From assembly GCA_964016885.1 (NCBI GenBank), contig OZ024740.1, forward strand, positions 43,524,001 through 43,588,000: a stretch of DNA of 64,000 nt, written 5' to 3'. The stretch comes from Eledone cirrhosa (taxonomy: Eukaryota). This document shows positions 26,183 through 38,582 of the stretch, one piece after another; the stretch's first letter is position 1, and each line of letters starts with the position of its first letter. The notes below the pieces were generated by a model, which was not told where the DNA came from, made no database searches, and saw only the letters and a list, made by a program, of their open reading frames with translations. Made by a program: the position numbers and the translations under genes.

Positions 26183-28897
26183 TTAATTGTAAGTTGTGAT
26201 GTTGCTGTTCCACTCATATTTTCTATTTAATTTTGGTTTTAATTCTTTTATGCTTACTGCCTCTGTAATTTGCCTAAACATTGCGTCTTTCTTGTGTGTG
26301 GATTCTATTTTTATTTCTATGCTCTCTAATTTACCCCTGTGTTCTATCTTAGCATGTTGGTAGAGCACAGATGATTCTTTACTATCTTGGAGGTCTCGCC
26401 AGTGTTCATTTATTCGTTCCCCTATACTACGAGCTGTCTCACCTATGTACACTATATTTTTGTTTCTACATTGTCCTTCAGTACATCTTATGCTATATAC
26501 TACATTTCTAGTTTTACAGTTAATATGGGGGCTTATTTTACAGGTTATACATTTCTTATCTATACATGAGGGTCTTTGGAACGGGTATGTCTTGCTAATA
26601 AGTGTTTTTACGGAGGTACCAGGTCTTTCTACTATCTTAATATTGAGATTATGTTTCTTTAGGGCCCTTCTAAATTTGTAGGCTAGTTCGCCTCTAGGGG
26701 TTGTATTGATGAACATTACACTCTGGTATTTATTGCTATCATACCATGAGTTTATTCTATTGGCCTTGTTCTTAGTTCTTTCTATTCTATTCCAAAATTT
26801 GCTCCTATACAAGGGGCAGGTCCCATTTATGTCATTATTTACCATTTTTTCCCATTTGGTTCTGGCTCCTTTATACACTCTGATTCTATCTCTCTGATTG
26901 TAGCCAGAGAACTGCATACGGTGGATGAAGTGTTGTATGTGTCTCTCTAGTTCTTCGGGGTTGCACATGCGGGACACATTTTTCATCACCCGTACCAAAT
27001 CCGCAATCAGTATGTTGATTTTGGTATGGTCCGAAATGGCCGAGTTTCGGTGGATCAGATGTTTGGAAGTCATGGGTTTGGCATAATGGGAATGGAGGAT
27101 TTGTTTTTGGTTGTTAATAGTATCTAACCAGAGCTCTGTGTCTAGTACAGGTAATCGATGGTTGGGGTGTCTACTTGGGTAGTCTATAGTAACTCTAATG
27201 CTCTGGTGGATGGAGTTTGCTATTTGCTGGATGCTTTCCATTGTGTTTTTCTCTAGTTCCTGACTGTTCTTTAGTGGGGGTGTCTTAACTACGATGTTTA
27301 TATCATCTACGTAGCGGGAGTACATTATCAGGGTTAAGCTGTCTTCTAATTGTTCATTAAGTTTTTGTTTAAGTCTACTGTCCCACCATACCATGAATAA
27401 GTTAGCTATGTCGCCTGCAATGCTAACACCAATGGCTGCTCCTTCCTCTTGGGCATATGTTTTACCATTAAATTTGAACATATGTTCCTTAAGGGTTAAT
27501 TTTATGCTGGCCCCTACCGCATGTGCAATCATTTTCTTCAGTTCATCGTGGTTTTCGGGTGTCCGTATGGCTCTGGTCCACCCGTTCCATCTATCTGTGT
27601 GGGTTTTCTTGGCCATTGAGGTAATGGTAGGTGGTCTGCCTCTTGCTGGTCTTGTAGGGCACAGGTTGCTAAGGTCATAAGTGTCTAGGTAACTATTACT
27701 ATGGGTAAGCTTAAGTAGAAGTCCCAGCTCACTGGTATCAATCCCACGGAACTCAACCTTGCTCTCGCCGATCATTTCGACGCATTTCTCCACAGCAAAA
27801 TCCACGTCAATAGATGGATACAGGGACACAACATCCATACTGCCTATTATGCAGTTTGTTAGGTCCCCAGATCGGTTACCCGCGCCGATTCTGCCGAGGA
27901 GGTCCTCCGTGCTGTCACACACATCTGGGGACATCTCGATGATGGGGCGTATGATCAGGGAGAGGAAGTAGGACAGTCTGTAGTTACTAGCAATGTTAGC
28001 CCCACAGACTGGCCGTGTTGGTGGTCCCGCGACAGGGTCCCAGCCCGTTTTATGGTCTTTTCGAAGCCCATACAACGCCGGCACGTCATTGTTCCAGGCC
28101 TGGAAGTTGTTGGCAGTCCTTTTGTTGGGCTGCATTATATTTGTCCACATCACCATATGGGCATTGAGGGTTTTTTCTCTATCCTCATGCTCCTGTGGTG
28201 TTACCTCTCTTGTGTTAGTGATGTGGGGTTGCATTGCCTGGATGTAGTTTGGCAGGCTGTCAACCGACATTCTGCCAGACTTGTCTGTTGGAAAGCATGC
28301 TATCTCTCCATTACACGAGCGCTGCATGAGCTTACGCAAGCCATTTGCAGATTCTTCTCCCAGTTGCTGGGCCTCTATTCTATTATGCTTCTTGCTATAC
28401 TGTTCTATAATATTTCTAAGTTCGGATTTAGCTATACTAAATTGTGCTTCTGTTTGTTCATCGACCTGCGACGGCAACTGCGTGCGTTTGTTAAATGGCA
28501 AAGTCGTGGCGTGGACTCGTCGCAGGTCGAATGATTTATCGGAGGGGTTATAAAACGGAGAGTTCCAGGCTGCTGCTTTATGTGTACTAGTGCTATTGTT
28601 ATTGTTAGTTGTGTTGTTTCTATTTCCACCAACAGCAGCAGCCTCAGCTTCATGGTTGTTTCTATGTCTCTCATAATTACTCCTGTCTCTTTCCACTGGC
28701 TCAATGTTGTTATCTACCCTATTTTGTGTGTCTGTGTGTTCGTCTTGGTTATTCTCTTTGTCCTTAGTCTCCCATCTCCTTTTCCTTTTCCTTTTAATCC
28801 TATTACTTTCTCTTATTTCTCTGATTTCTGTGCTACTGTCATTACTTGTTTTCTGTGTCTGTGTGTTTGTTAAGATTGTGGTGGTGGTGAGAGGCAT
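26183..28897 (-). CDS. Penelope-like reverse transcriptase plus GIY-YIG endonuclease (904 aa open)
   Basis: PTDKSG, LYGLRKDHK, PTRPV, SMDVVSLYPSI, QEEGAAIG, RYVDDI, LPVLD, then NVVYSIRC...YIGETARSIGERINEH...EAVSI...LN. Confidence 0.93.
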   Translation of the reverse strand: MPLTTTTILTNTQTQKTSNDSSTEIREIRESNRIKRKRKRRWETKDKENNQDEHTDTQNRVDNNIEPVERDRSNYERHRNNHEAEAAAVGGNRNNTTNNNNSTSTHKAAAWNSPFYNPSDKSFDLRRVHATTLPFNKRTQLPSQVDEQTEAQFSIAKSELRNIIEQYSKKHNRIEAQQLGEESANGLRKLMQRSCNGEIACFPTDKSGRMSVDSLPNYIQAMQPHITNTREVTPQEHEDREKTLNAHMVMWTNIMQPNKRTANNFQAWNNDVPALYGLRKDHKTGWDPVAGPPTRPVCGANIASNYRLSYFLSLIIRPIIEMSPDVCDSTEDLLGRIGAGNRSGDLTNCIIGSMDVVSLYPSIDVDFAVEKCVEMIGESKVEFRGIDTSELGLLLKLTHSNSYLDTYDLSNLCPTRPARGRPPTITSMAKKTHTDRWNGWTRAIRTPENHDELKKMIAHAVGASIKLTLKEHMFKFNGKTYAQEEGAAIGVSIAGDIANLFMVWWDSRLKQKLNEQLEDSLTLIMYSRYVDDINIVVKTPPLKNSQELEKNTMESIQQIANSIHQSIRVTIDYPSRHPNHRLPVLDTELWLDTINNQKQILHSHYAKPMTSKHLIHRNSAISDHTKINILIADLVRVMKNVSRMCNPEELERHIQHFIHRMQFSGYNQRDRIRVYKGARTKWEKMVNNDINGTCPLYRSKFWNRIERTKNKANRINSWYDSNKYQSVMFINTTPRGELAYKFRRALKKHNLNIKIVERPGTSVKTLISKTYPFQRPSCIDKKCITCKISPHINCKTRNVVYSIRCTEGQCRNKNIVYIGETARSIGERINEHWRDLQDSKESSVLYQHAKIEHRGKLESIEIKIESTHKKDAMFRQITEAVSIKELKPKLNRKYEWNSNITTYN

Positions 28898-30032
28898 TGA
28901 AGGCGTGTGTGTTGTTGTTGTTGATGTGTGTTGTTGTTGATGTGTGTTGTTGTTGTCTCCGTGTGTGTGTGTTATCGTTGTTGTGTGTGTTGTTATTGTT
29001 GTTTGTGTTTGCGTGTCTGTTGTTGTTGTATCTGGGTATGTTGCTATTGTTGTTGTTGTTGATGTGTGTGTTGTTGTTATTATTGTCTCCGTGTGTGTTG
29101 TTATTGTTGTTTGTGTCTGCGTGTCTGTTGTATCTGGGTATGTTGCTATTGTTGTTGTTGTATCTGGGTATGTTGCTATTGTTGTTGTTATTGTTGTTTG
29201 TGTCTGTGTGTCTGTTGTTGTTGGGATGTGTGTTGTATATGTGTGTGCGTATATTGTTGCTTTTGTTTTTGTTTTTGATGCTCCAGCGTAGTTTCGTAAA
29301 TGATTTTTCTATTTCTGACAGACAACTAATCATATTTACCTTCTGGAATGTCGCAAATTTGGGTGGCAGACGTAACACAGACATTTCATTATTATCTATT
29401 TCCGTGTTTCCATAAATGTTGGTATTTTCATTGTTGAACTCTTCAGATAATGAGGTGTCGGCCATGTTGATACCGTCAATTTTGTCGGGATATCTATTGG
29501 TATACTCTATAGTATCCCGATTTAGCTTTGCCTGTTTAAGCCACTTTAATTTTCTGTTAAAGTGCTTATTACATTCTTGAGTAATGTACTGTTCTTCGGG
29601 GCGTATAAGGCTTATAAATGTTAGTTTTTCTGCTGGTGTGGTGATTTTAGATATTTCATCTATTAGGTTACGCTTTAGTTTTTCTTGATGACTTAATTCT
29701 CTATAGATCTTCTTTTTTATGTTTAGAATTAAAGTTCGTTTTAGCCTATCTGCTTGTTTTTTGGTGAGTTGTAATCTTCTAACGTCGGTATTGATGGTGT
29801 TGGTGTAGATTCTAGAAGTGGTGCACAGTTTTATGAAGTGTAGTTGTCGAGATGTTATGGTTTTTCGTAGACAACAGAACATGGTGGTTTTCAGTATCTT
29901 GTTAGCCTGGCTAAGGTTTACGATATTTCGTTTCTGAATTTGTTTAGCAAGATTCTTTATCTGAAATCGTGTGTTGAAACCGATATTGTTATACTTTGGG
30001 AGGGTCATGTTGCCAATAAGAAACACACGCAC
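28842..30032 (-). CDS. Penelope N-terminal portion (396 aa), probably the same ORF split by a frameshift within an N/T/H-rich repeat
   Basis: PLE-type N-terminus (LHFIKLC, E.SVLRLPPKFA, EIEKSFTKLRW). It overlaps the downstream ORF inside a (AAC/AC)-rich tandem tract. Confidence 0.75.
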   Translation of the reverse strand: MRVFLIGNMTLPKYNNIGFNTRFQIKNLAKQIQKRNIVNLSQANKILKTTMFCCLRKTITSRQLHFIKLCTTSRIYTNTINTDVRRLQLTKKQADRLKRTLILNIKKKIYRELSHQEKLKRNLIDEISKITTPAEKLTFISLIRPEEQYITQECNKHFNRKLKWLKQAKLNRDTIEYTNRYPDKIDGINMADTSLSEEFNNENTNIYGNTEIDNNEMSVLRLPPKFATFQKVNMISCLSEIEKSFTKLRWSIKNKNKSNNIRTHIYNTHPNNNRHTDTNNNNNNNSNIPRYNNNNSNIPRYNRHADTNNNNNTHGDNNNNNTHINNNNNSNIPRYNNNRHANTNNNNNTHNNDNTHTRRQQQHTSTTTHINNNNTHAFNASHHHHNLNKHTDTENK

Positions 30033-30239
30033 CAGTTGCTTTCACTTCAATTAATAACAAATTATTGTGTGACGAAAGAACTATGACTATATATATATAA
30101 ACAACTATCTGGTTGTGGAACCAACCAACCAACCAGAAATTTATAAATTTGTAAATTTATAAATATTTAATAAATTAAATTGAAGTGAAAGCAACTGGTG
30201 CGTGTGTTTCTTATTGGCAACATGACCCTCCCAAAGTAT

Positions 30240-30611
<372 letters not shown>

Positions 30612-30833
30612 GGGATAACAAATTATTGTTATAGGTAGTCCACTTAGATGTAGTCCAGTTAGGGTACTCCGAGTAATGGATAGTATTAACGCTTGGCTAA
30701 CTTTGACTCAACAAGACGTTTCCATAGTGATGCTGCGAGTACGCGGTGATCTCTATGTAGTTTACACTTGGAGTAATAATAAATCAAGAAAGAAGGGTGA
30801 CATGGTATTCTATACAATAAGGGCTTTATTCAT

Positions 30834-30945
30834 ATTGCTGATAATTGTTTCTCTGAACTGGTAGGTCTAGAGATCGCTACCCGCCTGTTTTTGCGTCAAT
30901 CGATCACCAATACATTGTTATAACCAGTTAATTCATCAGAGCATG
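30834..30945 (-). ncRNA. Second copy of the same hammerhead (CTGATGA core, AUC triplet)
   Basis: Reverse complement of 33307-33419 with substitutions. Confidence 0.65.
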
Positions 30946-31332
30946 CGAGAATGAAGGAAATACACAGGCATGGCTTCTATATATAGTAGTTACATTAAAT
31001 CAGAACAATAATAACAATACTCAAATAAATTAGCTAGACTGTAAATAGTTAAAATAATCACAACATCAATCTAAGTAAGACATAGAGTATACTGATGACA
31101 TTAGCGTGTAAAACGAGCTGATACGAAGCAGATGTATGAAATTGACATGTAAAAGCTGTCATTGGGTATATTATATATAGTGTAGAGATAACCTGGGGCT
31201 TGAAACAATGGACCATCTACTTTACTGTAGGTTTGCTGACCGTAAGATTTATTTATTATCTGACAGATAAAATATTTTCATTGTAGTGAGGATGGTAATT
31301 TTTATGTGGTGTAAAGCGGATTCATTATTTAA

Positions 31333-31520
31333 GGGCGGTTGATTGGCAGTATCGGTGGAGGGTCGGACGCCATGCTTTCCAGCATAGTTACGTCCCTTTA
31401 CGATCTGAGTTCAAATCCCGCCGAGGTTGACTTTGCCTTTCATCCTTACGTGGTCGATAAAATAAAGTACCAGTAATGCACTGGGTAATTGCTGGCCTTG
31501 TGCCTAAAGTAGAAACAATT
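31333..31520 (+). mobile_element. SINE inserted into one pLTR arm, with a ~10-bp target-site duplication (attatttaag)
   Basis: The duplicated motif flanks the SINE. The other arm (near 32925) shows the empty site attatgtaag. Confidence 0.9.
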
Positions 31521-31989
31521 ATTTAAGTGGTCTATATTAGATGAAGGGATTGTTAGTTCGAATCATGGGGTTGTTTAGCTTTCACGGAGTCAATAACAAA
31601 TCAGGCATGGATAAGACAACAATAACAGCGATATAGGTGGTAAGTTAATACAGAGGTTAAGGAAGCAAGGTGTATATAGAGAGAACATGATGAATACTAT
31701 TACGGATACATTGGGGTGTTCATTATAACAACAGGAGGAAGGTGATATCTCAAGGTCTGTGGTAGTAGTCAAATATTGTGCTTAGAATTAAGTTCATCTT
31801 TTGAAAATCAAGAGTGAGGTGGTTGTGTTGACAGCAGCCGAGAAGAGATATATTTATGGGTTGATAAGATATTTGCAGAGATTACTGTGGTATAGAATTA
31901 AGGAGGCTAGAAGCTGCTTAAAGAATATTATAGTTCTGTGGTGGTCTGTGTGAGAGTGCGGATTTCATATGTTGAATGCTAAGTTATGT

Positions 31990-32700
31990 TGGTTCGAATC
32001 ACGGTAGCTTAAATCTTGTGAATTTAGTAGCGATCCTGTGTCTGCAGAAAATTCACCTTTCCATCTTGTTGTTGAGTAGCCTTTTATCGTTTCTAAGGAT
32101 ATACAGTAATTCAAGATCGTAGAGCCTACAATAGGACATACCGGTACTATATGCCCTTGCGGCCGATAACCTCGACAAGTTGATATTGTAGTCGATATTT
32201 TTGTCCTTTAGTTTCCAGATTTTTTTGGCGAGGGTTGTAGAACCTATTAGTGCACGGTTCTTCATCGAATGTCTGTGCACATACCATCTTTTTTTAAACG
32301 TACCCGCGGTGGATCCAATGTAATGCCAAGTGGAATTGCCCGAGTTCACCGTACACATGTACACTAGGCTCGAATCAAGGCACCTGTTCGCCAATGGACA
32401 CCTATCTGGTAGGTGACAATTGCAGTTTGAGGTGTTATTCCGTGCAGCTTCCACACTGCTGTTTCATACACTGCTATAAGTGGGTTGTGATTCATGCCCG
32501 TTGAGGTTTTGATGCGGCGCGCTCGTATGCGTTTGCGGTTGTGATACTGTGATGTGTTTATGTTTAGAATTTGGTGCTATTTTGCGCATTGGTGGGGTGG
32601 TTTCCCTAGAGGTATTTCTGTGGTTGATCTTGCGTATGTGGGATTCTATATTTGCAGCCGTAGAGTATGAGAATTTTATAGTTTTATAGTTTTTCTATTG
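31990..32700 (-). pseudogene. Penelope GIY-YIG endonuclease C-terminal fragment
   Basis: IKFSYS...CNC...CPLANRCL..SLVYMC...YIGSTAGTFKKRWYVH...TTLAKKIWKLKD...CRL..LEL...LLNNK (ORF 32053-32454). Confidence 0.85.
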
Positions 32701-33306
32701 AGGATTTTATGATATCTATGTTGTTATAATGAACACCCCCATGTATCCGTAATAGTATTCATCCTGTTCTCTCTATATATACCTTGCTTCCTTAACCTCT
32801 GTATTAACTTACCGCCTATATTGCTGTTATTGTTGTCTTATCCATGCATGATTTGTTATTGATGCTGTGAAAGCTAAACAACCCATGATTCGAACTAACA
32901 ATACCTTCATCTAATATAGACCACTTACATAATGAATCCGCTTTACACCACATAAAAATTACCATCCTCACTACAATGAAAATATTTTCTGTCAGATAAT
33001 AAATAAATCTTTCGGTCAGCAAACCTATAGTAAAGTAAATGGTCCATTGTTTCAAGCCCCAGGTTATCTCTACACTATATATAATATACCCAATGACAGC
33101 TTTTACATGTCAATTTCATACATCTGCTTCGTATCAGCTCGTTTTACACGCTAAAGCCATCAGTATACTCTATGTCTTACTTAGATTGATGTGATTATTT
33201 TAACTATTTACAGTCTAGCTAATTTATTTGAGTATTGTTATTATTGTTATGATTTAATGCCACTACTATATATAGAAGCCATGCCTGTGTATCTCCTTCA
33301 TTCTCG

Positions 33307-33419
33307 CATGCTCTGACGAATTGACTGGTTATAACAAAGTATTGCTGTTCGATTGACGCAAAAACAGGCGGGTAGCGAACTCTAGACCTACCAGTTCAGA
33401 GAAACAATTGTCAGCAATG
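33307..33419 (+). ncRNA. Type I hammerhead ribozyme with a long stem II insertion
   Basis: catgct-CTGACGA-..actggt..accagt..-GAAAC-aatt-GTC-agcaatg, with a canonical core and GUC triplet. Confidence 0.75.
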
Positions 33420-36400
33420 TGAATAAAGCCCTTATTGTATAGCAAACCATGTCACTCTTCTTTCTTGATTTATATATATAACTCAGTAATACTGTGAAAA
33501 TGTTACTAATGTCGATGATTACAATGATGATAATCATAGTGATGGTGATGATTATAATAATGGTGATGATGATGATGATGATTTTTAGTTTTACCAGAAG
33601 AGCATTATTTTTTTGTAAATGGATGAGCAAAGTGTATCGAAGCCAGTACTTGACTGGTAATCATTTTATTGACTTCGGAGGAAGAAGCACGATGAATAAT
33701 AATGATAATTTAGTATAATTTGTAACTTGAATACACCACCGAAATATTGTATGAATGTGCTGTAAATAATTAAAGGATATTTTATAAAATGAAGCTGACG
33801 TCCTATGACTCCGGAGAGAGACAAATCTAAACGTGTGTAGCAAATGTTTATAATTATAATTAGTATTTTTATGCAGTATATATTTTGGCAGACACACCAG
33901 TCGGTGGATGCAGAAGTTCGTTGGATAATAATTACAAGGAATCTGGCCTTTACTGCGGAAATGACGCACTTGTAAGCGATTCCTATTTTTAATTTTTATA
34001 TATTTTTCTGTAAGTTAAGTTTCTTGTTTTTGAGCGATTGATTTTATTTTTATTTCTAATTTTATTTGGTATTTATTTCTGCCTTCATGGCAGGCATTCT
34101 TTTCAATATCAGTGAACAAGAGGAGCGGATTCCAAAAAAAAAGTGAAAAGAAAAAACTACAAATATGTTGCGTATTGGAAACTTTGCTCAAATGGCAGTA
34201 ATAACTCCAACACTGAAAAAAATTCAACATGTTAAAATATAAAACATTAGTCGTAATACGGATATACATGAAAATATGAAAACACGTTAGGTTATCCTAT
34301 AACTCTCTTCTGACTACTTGTCTGTCAACAATACAATATATTCACACATCAATGAATGAGAGAAACAAAAATAATAAAAAAAAAAAACAAATGACCATTT
34401 CACAACTAGAAAGAAATGTAATTTGCTGATTTCAACACTTGCACGCTCAACAACAAGAATATTCAGTGTAATAATCGTTCCTGCTTCTAAACCATGCTGT
34501 CTACAAGGCAACATGGAAATATGTAACCCAAATTACACAACTGGAAATTCAATTTTAGAGAGTGCAGTGACAACCTCCGGCATACCTAACGAACAGCATA
34601 TGTAAGAGAATAGAACTATGTCTCTCAAAGCTAAATAACAACCAAAGACAAGTTGTTAAATATAAAGAAACTGTCTAACAGTAGAACTAATAAACTACTA
34701 TATATAGAATTACTAGAATTAACAACTCTAACAATGACTACAGTAAATTACATGTTACAAGCACTAAATATAACACCTTATACAACAACATCAACTGAAC
34801 TCACTCATCAAGCATAATTTCCAAATCAATCAATAATAGCTACACAGTCTAGTCATTTATTTCTATTGTTTTACTAGTTTCACTCATTGAACGGTGTCGA
34901 TGCCAGGGTACCATCTTGCAATATAAATAAATATCTTAATAAAACATTCAACCTATCCTTAAGCTACGTAATTAGATACTAGATACTTGAATAATATAAT
35001 AGGCACTAATTTAGAAATAAGGACAACAATTTAGGGGATAGAGAAAAGTCGATTATATCAACCCTAGTACTTGCTTGATGCTTTATTTTCTCGATAGCTC
35101 CAACAGACGCAAAACACAGTGAGGGGAAAAGAGTGGAATGAAGGAGAAAACGGCGAAAGAGGGGGTAGGGGTGATAAAGTGAGGTAAAGAGGATGACAGC
35201 GGGGTTACGAAGAATAAAATAGTAAAAAATACCAAAAATTTCGAAATAAATGTGAGATGGGAAAGGCGGGTCGGGAATAATTTAATAAAGAGATATAAGG
35301 AGGAGAAAAGAGTGGTTAAGCAGAATAAGAGGGCACGCAAGACCGAGAGAAGTCAAATAGTAATCTCGTCTTCAGTTAGTATCTTTGCAATCTAGACTAA
35401 TTTAAAGCGGGTTCCCTAAGCTCAGTCCGCCGTGATTCCATTTGTAGAAACTAGATCGCCTTTATGTACCATAACATCTTACTGGTGGTCAGAGAGAAAT
35501 AGGCATCTACGATAACCATCTGGGACCCCACGCTCTATCCCTCATTGTAACTCTCTCACATTACACCTCTACCTGTTGGATTTGCGGAAGTTATATACGT
35601 ATAGAGGCGGTTCGCTGGTAATGGAAGTCAAGAGGGGTATGTGTGTATTCCACAAGGATATCACAGGTATGGTATGGCACATCTTGGAATTGAAGATGGT
35701 CGTATCAGCAATGTGGGAACACGAGGTGGTACATAGATCAGGCGTTAATATAAATTGGTTGGCAAGGACTTCAGCAAATAGCCAGGCATGTCTACGTCTT
35801 TCAGGTTTGTTTAAGGTTCCTAAAATACAAAGATGTCTGCAGACATAATAGAATACGAAATATTCTGATCACCTAAAGCTCTATCAATTATAATCCCCAT
35901 AGTACCATTATTCATAATAGAATTATCTGCTGTGCCAGTACTTTTTAAAACTGATTGGAGTGATGTGAGGTAAACAGCAATATTAAGGTAACGAAAAAAA
36001 GCATTTCATGTATAGAATTGTTGTTAGTTTATGAGTGCATCATGTAATCCATGCATTCCTTGAAAAATTACTCCAGACACCCATATATTCTACTGTATCT
36101 CAGAACACACTTGGCGCTATATCATGCCAACTCTGTCTACACTAATAAAACGTCATACACAAAACCAGCACCTGTATCATTACGCCGTCCACTCATTAAC
36201 CTTAATAACAATGTTATGATATACACACCTGAGGGGAACAGCAACTGTTATTTTCCGAATCGGTCTACATCTCTCAATGTACGTTGTTCACTATCCGCTG
36301 TTGCTATATACAGTACTTAACTGGACAGTGAAGAAAATATGACTTTCCCCAGGCTGCTTCTGTACTCTATTTTATGTGATTAACAGAAGATGAACTATAG

Positions 36401-37138
36401 TTCTCAATTATATTTGGAAGAGTAGGTCTATGAATTGCATCTTGTCATTCAACTGACTACGTTCAGTCCATATATCTGCTCACCTAGGGATGATCTGGGG
36501 CTTCAAAGCAACAGTGATAACAGAAATATGGGAGACAAATATATAAAGAATTTATTTGTTTATAAGAAAATCTGATATGTTTTGCATTAATGTAACTCAA
36601 AAGAAGTTTTAAAAAAGAAGTTAAAAGAAGACTGTATAATTCAAAATAAAGGATTATTAAAGATGATTGTAATGCAATTATCAATTACAATTTAAGGCAA
36701 ACAGAAATAACACAAGCTATTTATTAGTATACTATTTGGAAATTCAATTGAAAAGATGAGAAATAATCGAGGCATCTTAAAACAGCTCTGTATAATTAAG
36801 GAATATTCCAATTTAATTAATGTAGCTTCTGACGCTGGTGTATTTAATTTGGCATAGTTTACAAATAATTATATTTGAGCATAAAAGATACTATAGGAGA
36901 ACAAATGCATTTGCCCTATGTCTTTCGAGCATAGCTAGCCTTGAGAAATATGTTTGTCTCTTGGTATATAGTGCGGTAGAGTAACCGTTAAGCACTTGAT
37001 TGTTTTTAGCCGAGGTTAAATTTTAGGTTGAACACTTTCATCACGGGTACTATACTCTTTAAAATACCTTCTCCTTCAAAAGAGGATATGTATCATATCA
37101 ATATAAATATAGATTCGCAGTATATAACCTAATTGAAT

Positions 37139-37171
<33 letters not shown>

Positions 37172-37174
<3 letters not shown>

Positions 37175-37364
37175 CGAAGGAAATGTGGTAAGGAACCAGG
37201 TGGACCATAACGCACCAAAGTACTCAATACTTGAGGTAGTAGAGTGGGTAATAGGAACCAGTAAGACCCCGACAGCTGAGCTCAAGCCGTTTCGACGGCT
37301 AATTCTGGACGCCAGAATTAGCCGTCGAAACGGCTTGAGCTCAGCTGTCGGGGTCTTACTGGTT

Positions 37365-37369
<5 letters not shown>
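37172..37369. mobile_element. (TA)n-flanked insertion ending in a perfect palindrome (37251-37369) that contains the 3' half of a hammerhead
   Basis: Arms of about 58 bp with loop acg. The right arm reads ccagaattagccgtc-GAA-ACGGC-ttgagctca-GCTGT-C-ggggtc. Confidence 0.8.
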
Positions 37370-37441
<72 letters not shown>

Positions 37442-37819
37442 TTAAGGATACTATTTATGGTTATGTATATACTAAAACTATTTATAGTTATATATATTTT
37501 AAACCCAAAACAGTGAAAGACAGTAATTTATTACTACCTTATTACCAGTAAGATAAATAGCTCAATGTAACAACATCAGTTGTTCTACAGAGCAGTTATA
37601 TAGAATTTACAGGAACCAAAGCTATGTTCAAAGCATTTATTAGCTTACAATTGTTTCATCCAAACCGAGGCTTGGTGTCTTCGGACCATTTTTCAATGTT
37701 TGTACACATACATGAACTCCTTTCCAACGCAAGAGACATACAGATACATATGTATATATTGATGTACAGTGGGGTGACATATATTATATTATTTCTGAAT
37801 GGCAATTTAAATTCAATGT

Positions 37820-38128
<309 letters not shown>

Positions 38129-38250
38129 GAGCAAACATCACGGGCGCTCTTCTCAAAATTATTTTTGAAAACCATTAGAAATGCGCAACCGGTAAAAACT
38201 TAAAACTAAAACTGAATACTAACCAATACTTATTACTAATTTATACTTAT

Positions 38251-38424
38251 AGGGCGGTAGATTGGCAGTATCAGTAGAGAGTCGGACGCCATGCTTTCCA
38301 GCATAGTTACGTCCCTTTACGGTCTGGGTTCAAATCCCGCCGAGGTTAACTTTGCCTTTCATCCTTACGGGGTCGATAAAATAAAGTACCAGTAATTACT
38401 GGCCTTGTGCCAAAAGTAGAAACA
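38251..38424 (+). mobile_element. Young SINE copy with a 19-bp target-site duplication
   Basis: attactaatttatacttat occurs at 38232-38250 and 38425-38443. Confidence 0.92.
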
Positions 38425-38539
38425 ATTACTAATTTATACTTATTCCTTATTAAACTATTTTTGACTGGGAAAAATTTGTCAGCATTTTCTTTTCCTTTTA
38501 CTAATATATCACAACTCCTGTGTTACACCGCTATTCTTT

Positions 38540-38579
<40 letters not shown>

Positions 38580-38582
<3 letters not shown>

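Larger units (their letters stand above)
25617..30247 (-). mobile_element. Near full-length Penelope-like element with a 3' pLTR, a partial 5' pLTR and an inverted 5' pLTR, inserted in (TA)n
   Basis: Direct repeat 25617-25742 / 29927-30052. 30066-30247 is an inverted copy of about 25672-25853. It encodes RT plus GIY-YIG and is flanked by (TA)n on both sides. Confidence 0.92.
30630..33472 (-). mobile_element. 5'-truncated Penelope-like element with inverted pLTR arms (30780-31732 and 32719-33472)
   Basis: The arms are reverse complements and enclose a GIY-YIG region on the - strand. Confidence 0.87.

Noticed and set aside
34420-36560. Possible host exons (short open stretches near GT-AG-like sites; also around 13250-13340)
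   Set aside because: There is no recognisable protein similarity or consistent exon chain. RNA-seq would be needed.
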